Source: Candidatus Izemoplasmatales bacterium (GTDB lineage: Bacteria > Bacillota_I > Bacilli_A > Izemoplasmatales > Hujiaoplasmataceae). From it: 64,000 bases of DNA. The position numbers were made by a program, and so were the translations under genes. Location: the NCBI GenBank assembly GCA_050949045.1, contig JBMNEZ010000001.1:896001-960000 (forward strand), given 5' to 3'. Shown one piece after another: positions 30,436 through 41,023 of this stretch (the stretch's first letter is position 1; each line of letters begins with the position of its first letter). The notes under the pieces are model-generated. The model ran no database searches. It was not told where the DNA came from and was given only the letters and a program-made list of their open reading frames with translations.

Positions 30436-31965
30436 TTATGTGTAGAAGCGATCGAAAGTGTTCATTTCCCAAGGCGACTTGACCAATAGCTCACTGACCT
30501 CAGAAACGGATTTGGGAACACAGAAGTAATAGCCTTGCATGAACCTGACGTCGAGTTTCGCAATTTTTTTGATCATCTCTTCGTTTTCGATGCCTTCGAC
30601 GATGACGATCTTTTGTCTCTGCTTGGCCGCTTGGATCACGCGGATAATCTTTTCGGTCTCTTCAAATTCATTCATCAATTTGAGCGTGTTCTCGCGGGAG
30701 ATCTTGATGATGGAGGCCTTGATCTGATCCATCTCGTCGATCAACTCAAATTTGTCGCCGACATCATCGAATGCGATCCGAAATCCGTATTTGCGGAATT
30801 CCGCGAGATTGTTCATCGCCACACGGTTTCTGTTAATTGAATAGTAATCTCTGATCTCGAGGCATAGGCTTTCGGCGTTGAACTCATATTTCTTGACGAT
30901 TTCGAAGAATGATTTCGCGAGGTTTTCGACTTCCATCTGTTTTGGCGAGATGTTCATTGAAATGAAGATCTCGCGGGTCCGGTATTCTTTTTTCCATTCG
31001 ACGTATTGCTTGACAATCTTATCAAAGCCCCATGTCCCGAACCAAGTGATGTCTCCGGTCAAATCCATGACATTGAGAAATTTTCCGGGTGGCAGGATGC
31101 CCATCACCGGATGGTTCCACCGAAGCAGGGCCTCGAGACCGATGATCTTGCCGGTTTTGAGATCGACGATCGGCTGGTAATAAAGCAAAAACTCATCGTT
31201 GGTGATGGAACGCTTGATCTCCTGGTAATAGCTTATGTTGAATTGCTCTTTTTCAATCAGATCCTGGGAATAGAGATGGTAGCGGTTTTTACCTTCCTTC
31301 TTGGAGACGTAGAGGGCGATTTCGGCGTTCTTGATGAGTTGGGCGGCGGTAATCCCGTCATACGGAAACAAAACGACACCGATCGAGGTCGTCATTTGCT
31401 CGGTGATGGCCTTGAGCGGCTCGTTGACTAGTTGAAGCAGTTCGGTCGCCTTGTCGTGGATCAACTTGTTGTCGATCTCGCCGGTCATATAGTAGACAAA
31501 GATATCGCTTCTGAGATGGCCGACAACCTCTCCCGACTTGGCGAATCTTTTTAGGCGTTTGTTGATTTCGGCGATGACTTTGTCCATTTCCTTCTCAGAA
31601 TATTTCTCGACGATGAAATGGGAGTTGTCGAGATTCATATAGAACAAGACGCCGAGCGTGCCTTCCTTGGCTTGGTAGATCATATTGTTGATCAGACCGA
31701 GCAGATCGCCCGATTTTCTGCTAGACGTCCTTTTTTCAACCAAAAGATGAGAGGCTCCGCCACCCTCTCCGATTGGTTCGCTACTCTTGCGGATCAGTTT
31801 CCGGTCCTCGATGCCTTTTTTGATCTCTTTCGTAACGTTGCGAAAAAGGAAAAAGAGCGCAACGGCGGTCAAAATAACCATGATCGATGCGACGACAACC
31901 TCATATCCCGTTCTGGCGGGCTCGGCCGAGAGAATCAATAACCAATAATTAATCAAGCATTTCAC
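30436..31965 (-). CDS. membrane GGDEF-EAL protein with degenerate motifs
   Basis: One TM; GGDEF site reads HLRSDIF; EALLRW present but DDVGDKF and KISR replace DDFGTG and KID. Confidence 0.85.
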   Translation of the reverse strand: MKCLINYWLLILSAEPARTGYEVVVASIMVILTAVALFFLFRNVTKEIKKGIEDRKLIRKSSEPIGEGGGASHLLVEKRTSSRKSGDLLGLINNMIYQAKEGTLGVLFYMNLDNSHFIVEKYSEKEMDKVIAEINKRLKRFAKSGEVVGHLRSDIFVYYMTGEIDNKLIHDKATELLQLVNEPLKAITEQMTTSIGVVLFPYDGITAAQLIKNAEIALYVSKKEGKNRYHLYSQDLIEKEQFNISYYQEIKRSITNDEFLLYYQPIVDLKTGKIIGLEALLRWNHPVMGILPPGKFLNVMDLTGDITWFGTWGFDKIVKQYVEWKKEYRTREIFISMNISPKQMEVENLAKSFFEIVKKYEFNAESLCLEIRDYYSINRNRVAMNNLAEFRKYGFRIAFDDVGDKFELIDEMDQIKASIIKISRENTLKLMNEFEETEKIIRVIQAAKQRQKIVIVEGIENEEMIKKIAKLDVRFMQGYYFCVPKSVSEVSELLVKSPWEMNTFDRFYT

Positions 31966-31967
31966 CT

Positions 31968-33701
31968 CTATTCTTGGAAGTCGCTGCCGGCGAAGACATC
32001 AATCCGTTTGCTTTTGGCGACTTTGTAGAATTGGTCGACATAGTGTGCCGCTTCATCGAAGGTCAGCGGCTTGGAAAACAAATAGCCTTGGAAAATGTCG
32101 GTGGCTATTTGTTTCAAATACTCGTACTGACGCCTTTTCTCGACGCCTTCGGCAACCACCTTGATATCGAGAGAATGAGCGAGTTGGATGATCATCGCGA
32201 TAATCGCGTGATCCTTCTTAGGCCCGAAGATGCCGTCCACGAACGTTTTGTCGATTTTGAGATTGTCAAACGGAATCTGTTTGAGATATGTCAGCGAGGC
32301 GTATCCGGTGCCAAAATCATCAAGAGCTATTTTTGCGCCGATCTTGTGGAGATAGTCGATCACTTCCTCGAGATAGATGGAAGAATCGATCAAAACCCCC
32401 TCAGTGATCTCGAGAGCCAGGCAATTGGGATCGATCTCGGTCTCTCGGATGATGTCGCGAAGATTGAGAATGAAATCCTTCTGAAGCAATTGCACGGGAC
32501 TGACGTTGATCGAAATGACGAATTGTTTGTCAAAGCGCTTTTTCAATTCCACTTGCGCTTGGCAGGCTTCTCTTAGAATCCAATTGCCGATTGGGACGAT
32601 GAGATGGGATTCCTCGGCGTTAGCGACGAACACCTGGGGGCTGATCTCACCAAACGTCGGTGATTTCCAACGGACGAGTGCTTCGAAGCCGTAGATTTCG
32701 TTCTTGTTGTCGATGAGCGGCTGATATTTAAGATAGAGTTGTTGGTTCTTGACGGCCAGAGCGAGTTGCTCGGAAATCTGTTGCCTGTAGTTGACATCGC
32801 GGGTCAGCTGCTCATTGTAGAAAGCGTATTTTCCCAAACCCGATTCCCTTGCTTTGAAGAGGGCGGTGTCGCATTTCTTGATCAGGGTAGCGATGTCCTT
32901 GCCGTCGGACGGATAGATTGAGATCCCGATATTAAGATGAACTTCGACTTTGAAATTCTTGATGTCGATCGGGCTGTTGAAGAGATCAAGCAGTTTGGTG
33001 ACGCTCGTTTCGACCCGTTCCAATGAGCGAAAACCCTGGATCAAGAAGACGATTTCGTTTGGCGAATGACTGTAGATATGATCATTGTTTCCGATACAAG
33101 CGGAAATCTTGTCGGCGAAATTCTGCATCAATTCTTCGACGACCATCTGGCCCTTGGTGACGCCTATCGATTTCAAATTGTTAATTTCTATCAGGCAGAG
33201 CGCGATCTTATCATTCTGCTTGAAAAGAGTGTCATCGATCTCCTGTGCGCTTGTCTTAAAGTTTTTGAGTCCCGTCAGCGAGTCAAATGCGAAACACTCG
33301 TAGACGAGTTGGACCTGCTTGCTTATTTCCTGCGACATCTGATTGACGGCGTCGCCGATCACTTTCAATTCATTGTTTTCCTGCAAGCTGAGCTGGATAT
33401 CATAGTTGCCTTTTTTGATCTCCTCGATCGCACTTACGATATCGTCGATCGGCGCAAACAGCTCATCGATCTTTTTGGTGAGGATCAAAGCGACGACGAC
33501 CATGAACAGGGCGATGACGCCAAGAAAGACCAGAAAGAGGATCTCGATGCCGATCGGTAGATCGGCTTCAAGCCGATCCATATAGATGAAAGCGAGTACG
33601 CCCATCACCAAAATCAAAAAGAAGGCATCAAGAAAAATGGTCGTTACGACAATGTTTTGGGATATCCTAAATATTTTTTTGTTAGTCTTGGTGCTCTTCA
33701 A
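31968..33701 (-). CDS. 2TM-HAMP-GGDEF(degenerate)-EAL phosphodiesterase
   Basis: DSLTGL.N; GGDEF site reads HSPNEI; intact EALVRW, LEITE, DDFGTGYASL, KIDKTF, AEGVE, QGYLFSKP. Confidence 0.9.
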   Translation of the reverse strand: MKSTKTNKKIFRISQNIVVTTIFLDAFFLILVMGVLAFIYMDRLEADLPIGIEILFLVFLGVIALFMVVVALILTKKIDELFAPIDDIVSAIEEIKKGNYDIQLSLQENNELKVIGDAVNQMSQEISKQVQLVYECFAFDSLTGLKNFKTSAQEIDDTLFKQNDKIALCLIEINNLKSIGVTKGQMVVEELMQNFADKISACIGNNDHIYSHSPNEIVFLIQGFRSLERVETSVTKLLDLFNSPIDIKNFKVEVHLNIGISIYPSDGKDIATLIKKCDTALFKARESGLGKYAFYNEQLTRDVNYRQQISEQLALAVKNQQLYLKYQPLIDNKNEIYGFEALVRWKSPTFGEISPQVFVANAEESHLIVPIGNWILREACQAQVELKKRFDKQFVISINVSPVQLLQKDFILNLRDIIRETEIDPNCLALEITEGVLIDSSIYLEEVIDYLHKIGAKIALDDFGTGYASLTYLKQIPFDNLKIDKTFVDGIFGPKKDHAIIAMIIQLAHSLDIKVVAEGVEKRRQYEYLKQIATDIFQGYLFSKPLTFDEAAHYVDQFYKVAKSKRIDVFAGSDFQE

Positions 33702-33717
33702 GCACGATCACCTTCCA

Positions 33718-36700
33718 TTAATCATTATCCCCCCAAGAACGGAAAAAGTCAAAGAGTCCCCAAGGCTTATCGGTATCAACGGAATCGAGCTCGCGGATAT
33801 AGACATTGAAGCGGCGGGAACGGTTCTTCGTCGAAGGCCCGATATAGAAGTACTTCCCCTTTAAACCTTCAATATAGTCGGAAGCATCATAAAGTGTGTA
33901 TTCATTGAAGATGATTTCAAACTCATACAAATCATGAAAATACCGATCAACCGGCAAGTCAATGTTGAAAACAAAGAAACCGCTTCTATTTCTGGCAAAA
34001 CTGTAATAATACTCAGCCGGATGTGTGTAATACATCTGGGTTGTGATGCTGATCATATGGTCGATTTCGTCAAAATCGGGATAATTCTCCGGATTGGTGA
34101 CATTGACGACGGTGTCGTTGGCCGGTTCGCCCTCTAACAACATCTGATAGTTCTTGACGGTGATGACGACTGTCTTGTCATTGAAGCCGCTGTCCTCGGC
34201 CGATGCCAGTTCGCAGATCTCAGGATCGCCGGTACAATAATAGATGTCGAAGATGAAGGTGGCGTTGAATTCGACGTCGGTGACGGTGATGAAATAATAC
34301 ACCATGTTTTCACCATTCTCGGCTGTGACCCTATAAAGGATCATCACTTCTTCGTTTTCTCCCGGTTCGAGTCCGGTATCGGGGAAAACAGTGAAGTTTG
34401 CCAAAAGAACGCTTTCCTCTTCGTAAGACGCTCCGTATGCCACTTCATTTGTCCAGTACCATTCTCCTTCGGCATAGTCGTAGGCGTAACGGGCAATAGT
34501 CGCTCCATACGGTAAATAATCTAACATGAACGGCGCGTATTGTTCAAGAGGAACCTTGGAAACTTTTCCGGCAACCTTAAAGTATTGATATCCTGCCGTA
34601 TCGGCGCCGGCATAGTCGATGCCGGCAAAATAGACAGCCGGATAATAATCTGTATTCACTACCCCTTGTGAATTGGCCGTATACATGTCGGGATAGCTGG
34701 TCTCAAACGCCCACTGCGAGAATCTGATGTCGGTCAGATAGGCGCTGACACCTTCCGCTTTTACGATTTCAACGGTTGTCGCCAAAGTCACATAGTTGGC
34801 TGTCCCGTCGCGATAAAAGTAAAATTGGAAAGTGTAATAGCCAGGAAGCGTGTCAAAACCTATATAGATATTGAGCAAGTCATCGACATCATAGGTGATG
34901 CCAACGATATCATCGGGGTCATAAGGGGTTTCTTGAAGGTCGGTCGCACTCACATCGATCGTGAAATAAGATTCGCTTCCCTCGGTCAGGTTGTAAAGAT
35001 CAAGGGCTTGATCGAGGCCGAGATCGAGGGTGAACGTCGTGAGGCTGTCCTCGCGGTTGACGTACAGATCTTCGGGATTGGTCTCATTGCCGTTTAAGAG
35101 AGCCGAAACAAAGTCGATTTCCCGCTCATAAACATGATGCGTATAGGTGACGGTTGACGAATCTTCAGCTTTCACAACATATTCGATTGTGTAATCTTTG
35201 TAGCCGTTTGTATAGGTAGTGCTTATCAGTTGAGCCCTCGTTATCTCGGCGAACGGGCTGATTTTAAATGATCCAGCGGTCATAAAACTGATGTCATATG
35301 TCTTCTTGGACCGATATGATGGCAGAGAGCCATCGACATTCTCGGTGAAATTGTTGGTGGATGTATCGATATTCAGTACATAGCCAAGATTGATATTTGA
35401 AGAGATGGCCTGACCATTGATCAATTTCGATTGGAGAATGGAGTAATGGCTGAAATCAAGGATCGCTTTGGCCGTTGAGGCGGCTTTGTCGAAATAAATA
35501 GTATTGACCGCCGATGATGGAAAGAAGCGATATTCAAAATAGTAGTCGCCCTTGATAATATTGCCTAAGAAAGTAAACGTGACGGCGTACGTCCCAGTGC
35601 CGGCATCAATAACGGTCGGCTCGCTTGACACTATGTAGTAATCCGACGCTACCGTCGTGTGGTCAGAGTATTTGAGCACAAAAGAATTTTTGAAATCATA
35701 GCCCTCGGTGAAAACGCCGTTGGTGTCGGTGAAGACAAGCCTCAGCGATCCCGATGACTCGACATCGCCAAAACTTCTGATGTCGGTGGGGCTCGAAGAT
35801 ATGTCGATGAGACCGCCGCCGTTGAGATTGGCTCCGGTCAACGCAGTCGATCCGCTGGAATGCTCGATTCCCGGAGTAAAAGTTATATACACATGATAAT
35901 CATTGTAATACTGCGGATGAGCGAACAGATTGTTTTTAACGAAAGCTTCCGAGTATACGGTGAAATACCCCAGACTGAGCGTGACCTCGGAAGTGATCGT
36001 TTTTGCGGGCAAGGTAACTTCAAGATCGGCTGGATAATCCAGGGATATTCCCGATTCTCCTGCACTGTTGAGAAGTGCGCGAAACGCTTCGATTTCTGCC
36101 TGCGACGGAGAGTGACCGTAATAATCATAAGCCCTGATGGCGATGAGCGCGCAGGCAGAAGTAAAGGCGCTAGCGACCTCATATGAAGCGGTTGTTTGCC
36201 CAGCAAGAAAAGCCTCCATCGAAATCGTGAAAGTCAGGGTCTTGTTTATATAGTCGATATCGACAGCGCTCAAAACGGTAGAACTGCCACCAACTTCCTT
36301 CAAAACGACATCCACCGAATCCGAGGGAATCAACTCGGCTTTGTCATTAAAAACAGTTTGACGCAAAAGATCATACCGGGAAACAAAGTCCGCTGAAAAA
36401 TCTGAGAGATATAATGGCGAGACCGTGTCGTAATCTAATAGAAGCGAGATATCGCCCGGATAATCTTCATTGATCGGCTTCATCAAGCCGGTATTGATGT
36501 TCGCCGGCAGAACCGATCCGTATGTTGAACCGGCTGTTGTCGAAAGAACGTACATTCCATATGGGCGAACTGAAGTGAACTGAGGTGCGAGCAAATTGTT
36601 TTCCATATAGTAGATATATTTTTGAAGAATGGGGTTCGTACGCATCGGAAAATCGGGATCATATATGTATTCGTTATCGATATCTGTAATATTGGGATCG

Positions 36701-39700
36701 CTTGGATTTTCGGTAATCCAATTGACTTCAATACCGGTATTGTACCGATACGTGTAACTGTTGGTGTTAAGCCTTTGCGAAGATGTGAACACATACCCTG
36801 GGGTATTTGGGCTGCTCACAAGTTCTGATTCGACTCCGACTTGTTTGTAGATACTTACGATTGTGGCCGTATATGTGTATACCCCCCAGCTACTGGTTCG
36901 ATTCGTTATCCTTAAATAATAATAGTAGAATCCGGTAAATACCATCTGCGTTGTATCATTGAATCTGGCTGAATAATAAATAGCATCATAAAATTGGAAA
37001 TATCTCGCCGAGTTGGTGAAAGCATAGTCTTGGTCCAGCCTGCCGACCAGATCAATGTTCGGATTGGCGTTCACGATAAAGTTAAAACTGCCTCCTTCAG
37101 TGGACATGATGCCTCTGACGCCGCGCTGCAGACGACCGAAAATTCCGCCAAAACCACGTTTGGTGCTCGGAAAATCGGTTCCGTAGCTCGATGGAAAGAT
37201 CGTCGTGTTTCCATCGGGGAGGAAATAATCAGATACATCGTCAAAGGATAATTCATATTTATCGATTGACGAATAGGAAGAAACCGAGATGGCTTTGATG
37301 TCGCCGTAGTTGATAGCCGTGTTGATATCGACTACGGTTGTAAGCGTATTTGCATCGCCTTCGACATAAGTTGCCCCGACGATGCCTCCGGCAACATCGG
37401 TTCCGGAAATCGTCCCGTGATTCAACATATTCTTCATCGTCGACAAACCGTAGCCGACGACACCGCCGGAGGCTGCATAGACACCAGGACGGTCGTTTGA
37501 GCCCACGGTGGTATTTGGATAAACGGAAATCCCGGTAGTTCCTCCCAGTACAGTTCCCGGCCCATAGCGAAGCGTCGAAATAGAAGTGTTATAAGATGTG
37601 GTGCTATATGAGCCGACATTATTGGATATGGCGGAGACATTGCCAAAATTCATGCCGTTGAGCAAAACCGAATCGCTGACAGATGTGGTCAGTCCATGTG
37701 TTTCCGAGCTAATGCCTCCAGCATATGCTTCGGCATAGAGGCTGACGGCGATGATGCCTCCCGCCCTCACGTAACGATAACCCAAAGCCACGATATCGCC
37801 TCTGTTGGCCGTATCGTAAACTCTGGCGTCTCCCGTCAACGTGATCGCGACTATTCCCCCAACAGTGACACCGTGAGTATAATCGGAAACCCTGTTTGCG
37901 GTGTAACTCCCGCTTGAAAAAGTTAAAGTCGCGGAAGTTGAAGAATTGTAGGCTCGGAGATCTCCGAGATTCGCGCTATCTTGAATCGAGCCGGAATTCA
38001 TCGTTGCGATGCCGCCCATGAATGTGTTGCTGCGGTTGCGGATCCCCAAACGCGATGAAGAATAAGAGGTCGTAATTTCACCGTAGTTAATCGAATTGAT
38101 GATTCCGGTTGTTGCTCTAGGCTGCGTCGGCGATTGCCCGGGATTATGTAAATCGCCAGAATAGTTGCCGTTGACAAGGCCGCCAATATAGATATTGGGA
38201 TAACCGCTGGTAGATGAATTGATGTAGGCAACCGTTATTTTCCCCTTATTGATGGAATTTTTGATTGCCTTGCCACTGTTGACATTTGTCATCAATCCCG
38301 CGACCGACATCGTATAGGTCGCAACGTTGACATTGACAACCGTGATGTCGCCTTCATTGATGACGTTTTGCATGCTGACATTGGCACTGGTTGTGATACC
38401 GGCCAGATACATGTGGGTCGTCATCGTTATTGTTGAGTCGCCCGAGTTAGAAAGAAAAGATATCGATCCATAGTTGGTGCTGTAACGAATCAGGGTGTCA
38501 TTATCATTGACCGAGTGGTAAAAAGGGGATACATCGGCGTAACAGGCATTGTCATAGATGAAATCAGCGTAATTATAAACCCTGGAAAGCGTGATGTCAG
38601 AACCCCCGACATCGGATATGGTCGCTGTAAAGTGAAAGTGCTGACTGGCGGCGGTGGCTCCCGTCGTATCATAGTCAAAGTTGCCGTGGTTGAACATCAA
38701 TGCGTATTCGACTGCTTCGGTTGTATTTGTCGTCCCGATACCTGCGGCGCGAATAGGAGCTGTATTCTGCGAGCAGGCCGAATGCACCGACCCGCTGTTA
38801 TAGAAATTGGCGAAAGCATATTCAGCGTTTGCTTCGATGATCGGAGCCAGGCCCGTCAACTCACCAAAGATCCCGCCAACTCTTTGTCTCGAGGGCAATG
38901 TGGGGCTTGAAGCGCTATAAATGACATCATCTAGATAAATGTCGCCGGTATTGGTGATGTTGGTGAATTCATGGATTGAGCTTGTTTGATTGTAGATGTA
39001 GCCGATGACACCGCCGATCTTGACATCGATCATCGTGGCTCCGGTCGCTAAAGAAAACGACGAAGCGGTGCCGAAACCGTAGATATCTCCATGGTTGACA
39101 ACATCATCAACACTCAGTTTCAACGTTGTCGCGCTACCGATTATGCCACCGATATAATAATAAGGCTTGATGTTGTACTCCGATTGAAATACATGATCTC
39201 CGGCATCAATGGAACCGCTTGATGCAATTCTTTCGATCGTTCCCGATGCCAGTCCCACCAGGCTTCCAACATGCGTTTCACCGATCGCATCATTTCCAAG
39301 ATCAATGTCGATATCGAGCAAAACATCGGTGATCGAACCCGCTGTCAGCCTTCCTGAGACCATACCGATATAAAATGTACTGCTATAGTAGGACTCAGTG
39401 TCAGTCAGCGTGATCTCCGAATTAAAAATATTAAGGTTGTTGACCGAACTGTTTGCGCCCAAAATCGAGAATAGGCCTGCATAATATATATTGCCTCGCA
39501 ATGTTCCCTTATTGATCACAAGGTTATGAATATAGAAATTGTCGCTGAGATCCTCTCCCTCGGGATTCAATCCAGACAAAGAGCCATAAAAAGTCACACC
39601 AGGAGTCAGATAAGCTCCGGGAGCGAGAACTCCCATATCAATGTTATTGCCTAGAACATAATCTGAATAAGCGTAGGCGTTGCCGTTGGCAACGCTTTGA

Positions 39701-41010
39701 AACCCGATCAGTTTTGAGAAAAAGACCAAATCGACGGCGGTTTCGATATAGTAGACTTCATTCTCGGCATCATAATCGAGCCCTTCCGCTAGCGGATAGA
39801 CATCGCTGGGATAGAAATACCAGTGGTTGGTTTCCTGGTTTAATACCGACGAAGTTGATTTCAAAGTGGCAGTCGCCTCGCCGGTGGCGTAGGCATTCGG
39901 AGTCGCAATGGGAAAACTTTGGACTCCGACTTGGACTTGCAAGAGATATCTGTCGCTGTCATAAACCAGATTGGCAATCGATCCGGTGTTGGTGTAGAGA
40001 ACCGGCTGGGCGGCGATTTTGTTCACATAGGCCCCATTGACGACAACCTTGGACACATAATAGGAGTTCGAGAAATTGCCGCTGTTTGTATGGATCATCC
40101 CGGCCGCATGAAAAGAGGCGCTGGAGGTTCCGACATTGTAACGGATCCCCGCCTCCATCACTGATTCCCGGTTATCGATAACATAGACGTGGTCGACGGT
40201 ACCCTGGTTTTCGCCAACCAGATTGGCGACTTTGTTGATATTGAAGTGCAACATCAACAACTCGAGCGTTGGATTAATCAGTCCGAGATTCTTGATGACA
40301 CCTTTATTGATGGAAAACATCGAGTAGTAAGGACTATTGGCAACATCAATGATGCTATCGTCTTTTTCCTCCTCATGGACCAGTTTGTCATAGTCGGCGA
40401 GATAAAGATTGCTGATATGAAAGCCTTGGCCGTCAAAGGAGCCGTCAAACAGATTCTCATGAATAATATCGCTGGCATCATAGAAAGAGTAGCCGATTGG
40501 TATGAACCTTTTGGACCCGACGACAGAATAGTCGATGTTGTTTCCGAGGACATAGTCAAGCCCTAAAAGAAAATTGATTTTGTCAGGAGGCAATTTGTAA
40601 TTCTCATTTGGATCCCCTGACAAATAGATCTGGTCATAAGACACATCAAGAGAGAAGCGGTACAATTCCTCGGCCGTGTCAAAGCGGATGATCTTGTCGT
40701 TATCGCCGCCGACACCGTCGGCACCGTAAACGGCTTCTGTCCATGCCTCGAGAGTCGATGTGTATTTGCAATAGGTGTTGCGAAGATCAGTATAGGAGAG
40801 GTAACTGGATGAACTTCCGGGGTCAGAGAGCGGCTTTTCCCAATCATAGGTGCCGTCGAACTCAACCAAATCATCAAAATGATTGTCAATTGGGCCGATC
40901 GCCTCGGCCTCCTTGACGTAATAAGACATCAGCGAAAAGGACATGATTGAGAGAATCATGACAGTCAGTATCCGCTTACTGATGAGCCTTTTAAACAGTT
41001 GTTTGTTCAT
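33718..41010 (-). CDS. giant (~2430 aa) secreted repeat protein, putative adhesin or matrix protein
   Basis: Sec signal peptide (AEA); F.G.FDG.G..ISNL GLUG-type start; more than 10 N-x-G-x-I / GG(I/V)xG repeats; C-terminal V(T/K)AE(N/D)-type beta-sandwich motifs; AGGAGG RBS before ATG 41010. Confidence 0.7.
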   Translation of the reverse strand: MNKQLFKRLISKRILTVMILSIMSFSLMSYYVKEAEAIGPIDNHFDDLVEFDGTYDWEKPLSDPGSSSSYLSYTDLRNTYCKYTSTLEAWTEAVYGADGVGGDNDKIIRFDTAEELYRFSLDVSYDQIYLSGDPNENYKLPPDKINFLLGLDYVLGNNIDYSVVGSKRFIPIGYSFYDASDIIHENLFDGSFDGQGFHISNLYLADYDKLVHEEEKDDSIIDVANSPYYSMFSINKGVIKNLGLINPTLELLMLHFNINKVANLVGENQGTVDHVYVIDNRESVMEAGIRYNVGTSSASFHAAGMIHTNSGNFSNSYYVSKVVVNGAYVNKIAAQPVLYTNTGSIANLVYDSDRYLLQVQVGVQSFPIATPNAYATGEATATLKSTSSVLNQETNHWYFYPSDVYPLAEGLDYDAENEVYYIETAVDLVFFSKLIGFQSVANGNAYAYSDYVLGNNIDMGVLAPGAYLTPGVTFYGSLSGLNPEGEDLSDNFYIHNLVINKGTLRGNIYYAGLFSILGANSSVNNLNIFNSEITLTDTESYYSSTFYIGMVSGRLTAGSITDVLLDIDIDLGNDAIGETHVGSLVGLASGTIERIASSGSIDAGDHVFQSEYNIKPYYYIGGIIGSATTLKLSVDDVVNHGDIYGFGTASSFSLATGATMIDVKIGGVIGYIYNQTSSIHEFTNITNTGDIYLDDVIYSASSPTLPSRQRVGGIFGELTGLAPIIEANAEYAFANFYNSGSVHSACSQNTAPIRAAGIGTTNTTEAVEYALMFNHGNFDYDTTGATAASQHFHFTATISDVGGSDITLSRVYNYADFIYDNACYADVSPFYHSVNDNDTLIRYSTNYGSISFLSNSGDSTITMTTHMYLAGITTSANVSMQNVINEGDITVVNVNVATYTMSVAGLMTNVNSGKAIKNSINKGKITVAYINSSTSGYPNIYIGGLVNGNYSGDLHNPGQSPTQPRATTGIINSINYGEITTSYSSSRLGIRNRSNTFMGGIATMNSGSIQDSANLGDLRAYNSSTSATLTFSSGSYTANRVSDYTHGVTVGGIVAITLTGDARVYDTANRGDIVALGYRYVRAGGIIAVSLYAEAYAGGISSETHGLTTSVSDSVLLNGMNFGNVSAISNNVGSYSTTSYNTSISTLRYGPGTVLGGTTGISVYPNTTVGSNDRPGVYAASGGVVGYGLSTMKNMLNHGTISGTDVAGGIVGATYVEGDANTLTTVVDINTAINYGDIKAISVSSYSSIDKYELSFDDVSDYFLPDGNTTIFPSSYGTDFPSTKRGFGGIFGRLQRGVRGIMSTEGGSFNFIVNANPNIDLVGRLDQDYAFTNSARYFQFYDAIYYSARFNDTTQMVFTGFYYYYLRITNRTSSWGVYTYTATIVSIYKQVGVESELVSSPNTPGYVFTSSQRLNTNSYTYRYNTGIEVNWITENPSDPNITDIDNEYIYDPDFPMRTNPILQKYIYYMENNLLAPQFTSVRPYGMYVLSTTAGSTYGSVLPANINTGLMKPINEDYPGDISLLLDYDTVSPLYLSDFSADFVSRYDLLRQTVFNDKAELIPSDSVDVVLKEVGGSSTVLSAVDIDYINKTLTFTISMEAFLAGQTTASYEVASAFTSACALIAIRAYDYYGHSPSQAEIEAFRALLNSAGESGISLDYPADLEVTLPAKTITSEVTLSLGYFTVYSEAFVKNNLFAHPQYYNDYHVYITFTPGIEHSSGSTALTGANLNGGGLIDISSSPTDIRSFGDVESSGSLRLVFTDTNGVFTEGYDFKNSFVLKYSDHTTVASDYYIVSSEPTVIDAGTGTYAVTFTFLGNIIKGDYYFEYRFFPSSAVNTIYFDKAASTAKAILDFSHYSILQSKLINGQAISSNINLGYVLNIDTSTNNFTENVDGSLPSYRSKKTYDISFMTAGSFKISPFAEITRAQLISTTYTNGYKDYTIEYVVKAEDSSTVTYTHHVYEREIDFVSALLNGNETNPEDLYVNREDSLTTFTLDLGLDQALDLYNLTEGSESYFTIDVSATDLQETPYDPDDIVGITYDVDDLLNIYIGFDTLPGYYTFQFYFYRDGTANYVTLATTVEIVKAEGVSAYLTDIRFSQWAFETSYPDMYTANSQGVVNTDYYPAVYFAGIDYAGADTAGYQYFKVAGKVSKVPLEQYAPFMLDYLPYGATIARYAYDYAEGEWYWTNEVAYGASYEEESVLLANFTVFPDTGLEPGENEEVMILYRVTAENGENMVYYFITVTDVEFNATFIFDIYYCTGDPEICELASAEDSGFNDKTVVITVKNYQMLLEGEPANDTVVNVTNPENYPDFDEIDHMISITTQMYYTHPAEYYYSFARNRSGFFVFNIDLPVDRYFHDLYEFEIIFNEYTLYDASDYIEGLKGKYFYIGPSTKNRSRRFNVYIRELDSVDTDKPWGLFDFFRSWGDND

Positions 41011-41023
41011 CCGCATTTCCTCC

